DNA from: a virus
Taxonomy: Duplodnaviria > Caudoviricetes
IMG/VR virus record: IMGVR_UViG_3300032327_001202
Coordinates: 18,828-82,827 of that record
Length of the DNA stretch: 64,000 nucleotides
Reading direction: 5' to 3' (one strand)
Numbering within the stretch: position 1 is the first letter of the stretch; every line of letters begins with the position of its first letter. Positions 59,775-64,000 of the stretch are shown in pieces. The position numbers were made by a program, and so were the translations under genes. The notes under the pieces are model-generated. The model saw only the letters and a program-made list of their open reading frames with translations. It ran no database searches and was not told the origin of the DNA.

Positions 59775-59787
59775 TCCTTGCTTTTTT
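59759..59787. terminator. Bidirectional terminator
   Basis: AAAAGCAAGGA-AGATAA-TCCTTGCTTTTTT. Confidence 0.75.
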
Positions 59788-59792
59788 ATTTT

Positions 59793-60155
59793 TTAATTTT
59801 TTAAAATTAGGTTTATAGATTCTTCCCTTTGTTTATATATTGTATATTGTTTATAAAGTATTTCAGCAAATAAATATACAGATATATCTGAATAAAAAGG
59901 ATCTTTATCCGTATGTATTATATATTCGCAATTATTCCAATCAATTGATTGGAATAATTGTAAAAAGTAATTCTTTTTATCTTCCATTTTAGAATTAGTA
60001 TAAATTTCTTCAGGCTTTAAGAAATTAGGTACTTTAATAGGATCAAGGTTATAAAAAATTTCTTTATAACCAGCATCATATAAATACCATTCATTATCTT
60101 TTATTATAAAAGCTACTTCACTTTTATTTTTTTTAATAACTTTAAAATGTTCCAT
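59793..60155 (-). CDS. Hypothetical protein ending in an RExxI motif
   Basis: C-terminus QREESINLILKN, like the 3771-5107 family. Confidence 0.7.
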   Translation of the reverse strand: MEHFKVIKKNKSEVAFIIKDNEWYLYDAGYKEIFYNLDPIKVPNFLKPEEIYTNSKMEDKKNYFLQLFQSIDWNNCEYIIHTDKDPFYSDISVYLFAEILYKQYTIYKQREESINLILKN

Positions 60156-60157
60156 AT

Positions 60158-61279
60158 TTATTTTTTATTTTTATAATTCTCTTCATATATTCTTAATATA
60201 TTTCCAAACTCATCTAATACTCCTGATTTAATTTTTTTATTATCCCATTCCATATTTGAAATATATCCTTGGATTATATCTTTATAATCATTTGATATTG
60301 TCAATACATCACCCTCATTTAAAATACTTGTTATATCTACTTGAGCAACTTCTTCTGTTTTTGAAGTAATATCATCTATATATTCTACACTCGTAAAATT
60401 ACCAGTTTCCAATACACCTTCAATTTTTCTTCTTAACTTTCTATTATTGATTAGTAAACTGTTAGAAATAAATAAATCAATCCAATCTTTTTTATCAATC
60501 TTATCCAAACTATCTATATCATCCTCTTTTCTTAAATAAATTTTCTTAAATTTAGGTGATACATTATTTGGTACAAATTTTTCAGTATCTAAATCAGTAT
60601 CTAAAATAAAAATACCCTTTTGATTATCTATATCATTTCTATCCATCTCATGTACAGATCCAACAAAAGTAAAGTTTTTATTTCTTTGTAGAATATGTAT
60701 ATGTCCTGAATATACCCCTTTATACCCATCAAAATCCTCTACATCTATTTTATGTAGGTTTTTATGTGCTACTGAATTTAAATGCATTCTTGCACCATTT
60801 AAATCAGAATGACAGAATAAAAAATCACTACCTGAGTTTTCTTTAAGAACTTCTACTTGATCACTTTTCTTTTCAACCCAAGGCATCATCAAAATAGATT
60901 TATTATTAAATTCTATTCGTTCAGGTTTTTCATAAATACTAACATTAGGAATATGTTTGAAACTTTTCAATGAGTTTATATCATTTGTAGATTTTGTATA
61001 TATATCGTGATTACCTATTAAAACATGTACAGGACAAATAGAAGTCATACGTTCTAATATATCTTGAGCATAATTTAAGATATTAATAGGAACTACGTCT
61101 CTGTTATCAAATAAGTCTCCTAATTGAACTATTATATCATCTTTATCTAATTCTCTTTCCATTAAAGGGAAAAGGAAGGTTTCACAATATTCTTGTGAAA
61201 CCTTAAACCATTTATCAACTTTATTAGGAAATCCAAGAGATAGATGGAAATCTCCTATTAAAAATATTTTATTTGCCAT
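60158..61279 (-). CDS. gp47: Recombination nuclease (T4 gp47 / Mre11 / SbcD family)
   Basis: Metallophosphoesterase motifs GDFH, GDLFD, GNHD, CHSD, GHIH. Confidence 0.9.
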   Translation of the reverse strand: MANKIFLIGDFHLSLGFPNKVDKWFKVSQEYCETFLFPLMERELDKDDIIVQLGDLFDNRDVVPINILNYAQDILERMTSICPVHVLIGNHDIYTKSTNDINSLKSFKHIPNVSIYEKPERIEFNNKSILMMPWVEKKSDQVEVLKENSGSDFLFCHSDLNGARMHLNSVAHKNLHKIDVEDFDGYKGVYSGHIHILQRNKNFTFVGSVHEMDRNDIDNQKGIFILDTDLDTEKFVPNNVSPKFKKIYLRKEDDIDSLDKIDKKDWIDLFISNSLLINNRKLRRKIEGVLETGNFTSVEYIDDITSKTEEVAQVDITSILNEGDVLTISNDYKDIIQGYISNMEWDNKKIKSGVLDEFGNILRIYEENYKNKK

Positions 61280-62690
61280 TAAATATGTTTTTTATTTTGT
61301 TAAAAAATTTACTAATTGTAGAAATTTTCTTTTCTTCTTTAACAGGTACAAAAACATCAGTTAATGGAGTTGTTGGTGTGTCTGTTATTAACTCTACCTT
61401 TGAAGTTTCTTTATTTGGTGAAGGGAACCAAATATCTTTTTGATAAGGAATTTGTGTTTTACCATCTAAAATCAATTCTTTTTTATCTTCATCAAACTTA
61501 ACATCTTGTTGATAACTATTAATTAATTCCGCTAAAGCTTGTTTAGCTAACTCAGGATCTGTATTTCCAATAGGTATTGTGAACTTTTGAGAAAAAGTAT
61601 GACTTAATATATTATGACTAAGTATTTTAGAATCTTCAACAATTTCTTCTGTTATCGTAGTTTCTGGTTTAGTTATTTCATAAACATCATCTTCAAATTT
61701 AACCATATTTGGAGTTTCAGGAACTTCTTTAGATTTTGCTAAATATTCATTATATGAAATATCATTAGATGATTTTACATTTCTTAAATCTTCTCCTGTA
61801 CTATATGTTATACCATTGATATTTATAAATTCCTCTTTATTATTAATATACTCAATATTAATTTCAGGTTTTGGTTGTTTACCGACAATATGTGGAGTAA
61901 TATCTTTCAATTTTTCTTTTCTAATAGCTGCCATTTTTTCTATTATTTCTTTGGTATCAGCATTTGGATCTTTTTGTCTTTGTAATAATTCTCTTCTTAG
62001 ATCATGAAAATTTTCAGTTATTTCATTATCAATAGGTTTAATATTATCAAACGCTAAGAATCCATCTTCATTTAGAGAAGTTTCTTCAATAATATTTACT
62101 GATTCTTTAATACCATCTGCTTTGTAATTAATTAATTCTGGATAGTCAGATAATTCTTCTTCTTTGAAGTCATTAGTTATACTAATAATTTCCCAATTTA
62201 ATAATTGTCTATTTCTTTTTATAAACTTTTTTTCTAATTGAAAAGAGCTAGCTAAATCCCAAAGATTTAATTCTTCTATTTTTTGTCTTTCTAATTTATT
62301 AAAACTAACTAAACCAGTTACATTTGCTTTTCTTAAAATAATTTTATTCCAATTAAGATGATCTTGATATTCAGTAATAAAGTCTTTATCAAAATTAAAA
62401 TAAGTATTTAGTGTTAAGTATTGTAAATCATTAGTTTTTAAAAATTCTTTTTCCAAAAGAATTTTAACAAGATTTTGACTACACGTAAAAACTGGTATTA
62501 AATACTCTTTTCCGACAAATGACGGATCTTCAACTAAAGAAGTAATAATTTCTTCAGAAATTTCATATTCTCCAAAAAAATTTGGAGAAGAATTAATTTT
62601 TATTATTAATTCTTTTAAAGTCAACTCTTCTTGGCTTTGAGAATTATCTTTTAAATAATATTTTTCATTATTGAGTGTTATTTTTTTCAT
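61269..62690 (-). CDS. Mosaic protein: Trp-repeat N-terminal region, scaffold-like peptide, and a portal-clip-like C-terminal segment
   Basis: FITEYQDHLNW / NRQLLNWEIIS repeats; NDISYNEYLA; a 68-aa segment 29/68 identical (ungapped, by hand) to this window's portal. Confidence 0.75.
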   Translation of the reverse strand: MKKITLNNEKYYLKDNSQSQEELTLKELIIKINSSPNFFGEYEISEEIITSLVEDPSFVGKEYLIPVFTCSQNLVKILLEKEFLKTNDLQYLTLNTYFNFDKDFITEYQDHLNWNKIILRKANVTGLVSFNKLERQKIEELNLWDLASSFQLEKKFIKRNRQLLNWEIISITNDFKEEELSDYPELINYKADGIKESVNIIEETSLNEDGFLAFDNIKPIDNEITENFHDLRRELLQRQKDPNADTKEIIEKMAAIRKEKLKDITPHIVGKQPKPEINIEYINNKEEFININGITYSTGEDLRNVKSSNDISYNEYLAKSKEVPETPNMVKFEDDVYEITKPETTITEEIVEDSKILSHNILSHTFSQKFTIPIGNTDPELAKQALAELINSYQQDVKFDEDKKELILDGKTQIPYQKDIWFPSPNKETSKVELITDTPTTPLTDVFVPVKEEKKISTISKFFNKIKNIFNGK

Positions 62691-62749
62691 TTTTAAATAT
62701 ATTTTTTATTTATATAAAAAATATATTTAATAGTTTTAATATATAAATT

Positions 62750-63961
62750 ATGATAAAAAAATATTTAGAATTTATCTTAGAATTGAAAAAAGATGATTTA
62801 AAAGGTTCTTATTTACTTAATGATTATGAAAATAATTTAGAATTAGAAAATAAGTTAAAAACTATTATAGATGATAAAATAGTTTTAAACCAAATTCAAA
62901 TCCCAGAAAAAGTGGGGGATAAAAACTTTATTAAAATAAAAGATTTTTTAAAAAATGATAAAGACTTATTAAATATATTTACAAATAATAATAAGGAACC
63001 TCTTAATAAAGAAGGGTTAAAAAAGTGGATTGAAAAATTTATTAAAAACAAATATCTAAATATATCACCAATTAAAAAGGATAAAAAAGAATTTGATATA
63101 GATTTTAAAAAAGTAGATAAAAGTTCCCCAATGTATAAACAAACAGGAGAATTAAATAGAGGTTATGGAGATAATTTTGAAATATATCAAATACTTTTTA
63201 CTAAAGAAATAAATGATCTTATTGAAAAAAATCCAGAATTTAATAAAGCAGATAAATACATGTATCTTACACTAGAAACTGATCATCTTAACAGAGTTCA
63301 TTTTCCAGGAAGACAAGTTAGAAATTGGTATTCTTGGCAACTTAGTGGAATACCAACTACTTTAAGAGGTGATGGGATATCTTTTTTTATTTACAGAGCA
63401 TTTATACATAAGGTAGGTTATTTAACTTCTAGTACAAGTTCATCATCATCAATAAGAAAAATATGGGAAAAAATTATTGTAGATAATAGTGTTAATAGTA
63501 TTATTTGTAATCATGATATTATTGTATTTTCTAAAAATTATACAGGTGATATTGATAATATAGTTAAAAAGTTCTTAAATTCTAAAACATGTACCAAAAA
63601 TAAATTAAAAATAGATACTGAATTAGAAAATAAATTAGGAGATTGGTATAAAGAATGGAAAAGAAAACTTGTTGATTCGTCTTATTATTTAAATAATTTA
63701 AATAAATTAATCAATAAATATAAAAATTATAAAATAACTGATGAAGATATAAAAGATACAAAAAGTAAAAAATTAATTTTTATTGTTTATTTACCAAAAA
63801 ATAAACAAATAGGTGTTCTTAACGAAATAAGTACAAAAGAAGATAAATCATTATTTTATAGTATTCAATATTTAGATTCAGGTAAATATTATAATGATGA
63901 ATTTAATGAAATAGATGAGACAAGTTTTAATATCTTAGAAAAGAAAAAAATCAATTTGTAA
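62750..63961 (+). CDS. Hypothetical protein with CTS-like leader
   Basis: 403 aa; MIKKYLEFILE. Confidence 0.75.
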   Translation: MIKKYLEFILELKKDDLKGSYLLNDYENNLELENKLKTIIDDKIVLNQIQIPEKVGDKNFIKIKDFLKNDKDLLNIFTNNNKEPLNKEGLKKWIEKFIKNKYLNISPIKKDKKEFDIDFKKVDKSSPMYKQTGELNRGYGDNFEIYQILFTKEINDLIEKNPEFNKADKYMYLTLETDHLNRVHFPGRQVRNWYSWQLSGIPTTLRGDGISFFIYRAFIHKVGYLTSSTSSSSSIRKIWEKIIVDNSVNSIICNHDIIVFSKNYTGDIDNIVKKFLNSKTCTKNKLKIDTELENKLGDWYKEWKRKLVDSSYYLNNLNKLINKYKNYKITDEDIKDTKSKKLIFIVYLPKNKQIGVLNEISTKEDKSLFYSIQYLDSGKYYNDEFNEIDETSFNILEKKKINL

Positions 63962-64000
63962 AACTAATATATACCATGTATTACAAATGTTTTTTCATTG

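Noticed and set aside
1-64000. Stop-codon reassignment (seen in some large phages)
   Set aside because: Core genes (MCP, portal, terminase, sheath) are full length in the standard code, and TAG ends plausible genes (e.g. 6466, 26435, 37065).

Overview
Very AT-rich 64 kb segment of a large T4-like (Tevenvirinae-architecture) jumbo/mega myophage, translated in the standard code. A Bacteroidota host is inferred from A/T-rich leaders lacking Shine-Dalgarno sites and from the style of the IscA and ClpS genes. Recognisable core genes: major capsid (gp23), prohead protease fused to a repeat-containing scaffold (gp21/22), portal (gp20), gp2/gp4-like head completion genes, an oversized tail sheath (gp18), large terminase (gp17), gp25- and gp15-like proteins, clamp loader (gp44), gp47-like nuclease and a gp55-like late sigma factor. 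Also present: a tape-measure-like gene, a 2115-aa structural gene, a tmRNA with an unusually long tag, IscA, ClpS, peptidases, an ART/KptA-fold pair, and intact and decayed homing-endonuclease-like genes. The most striking observation is a family of small, mostly unannotated ORFs carrying short, recognisable fragments of essential phage proteins (capsid, portal, prohead protease, scaffold repeat, PolB motifs A and B), nearly all fused to a shared R(D/E/N)x(K/x)(I/L)xx(I/L)L helix. This may be a decoy or dominant-negative 'self-mimic' library. A second pattern is about 15 ORFs beginning with a leader resembling the T4 capsid-targeting sequence, suggesting a head-packaged enzyme payload. All family calls come from motif recognition by eye and identity counts were made by hand; no database searches were run.
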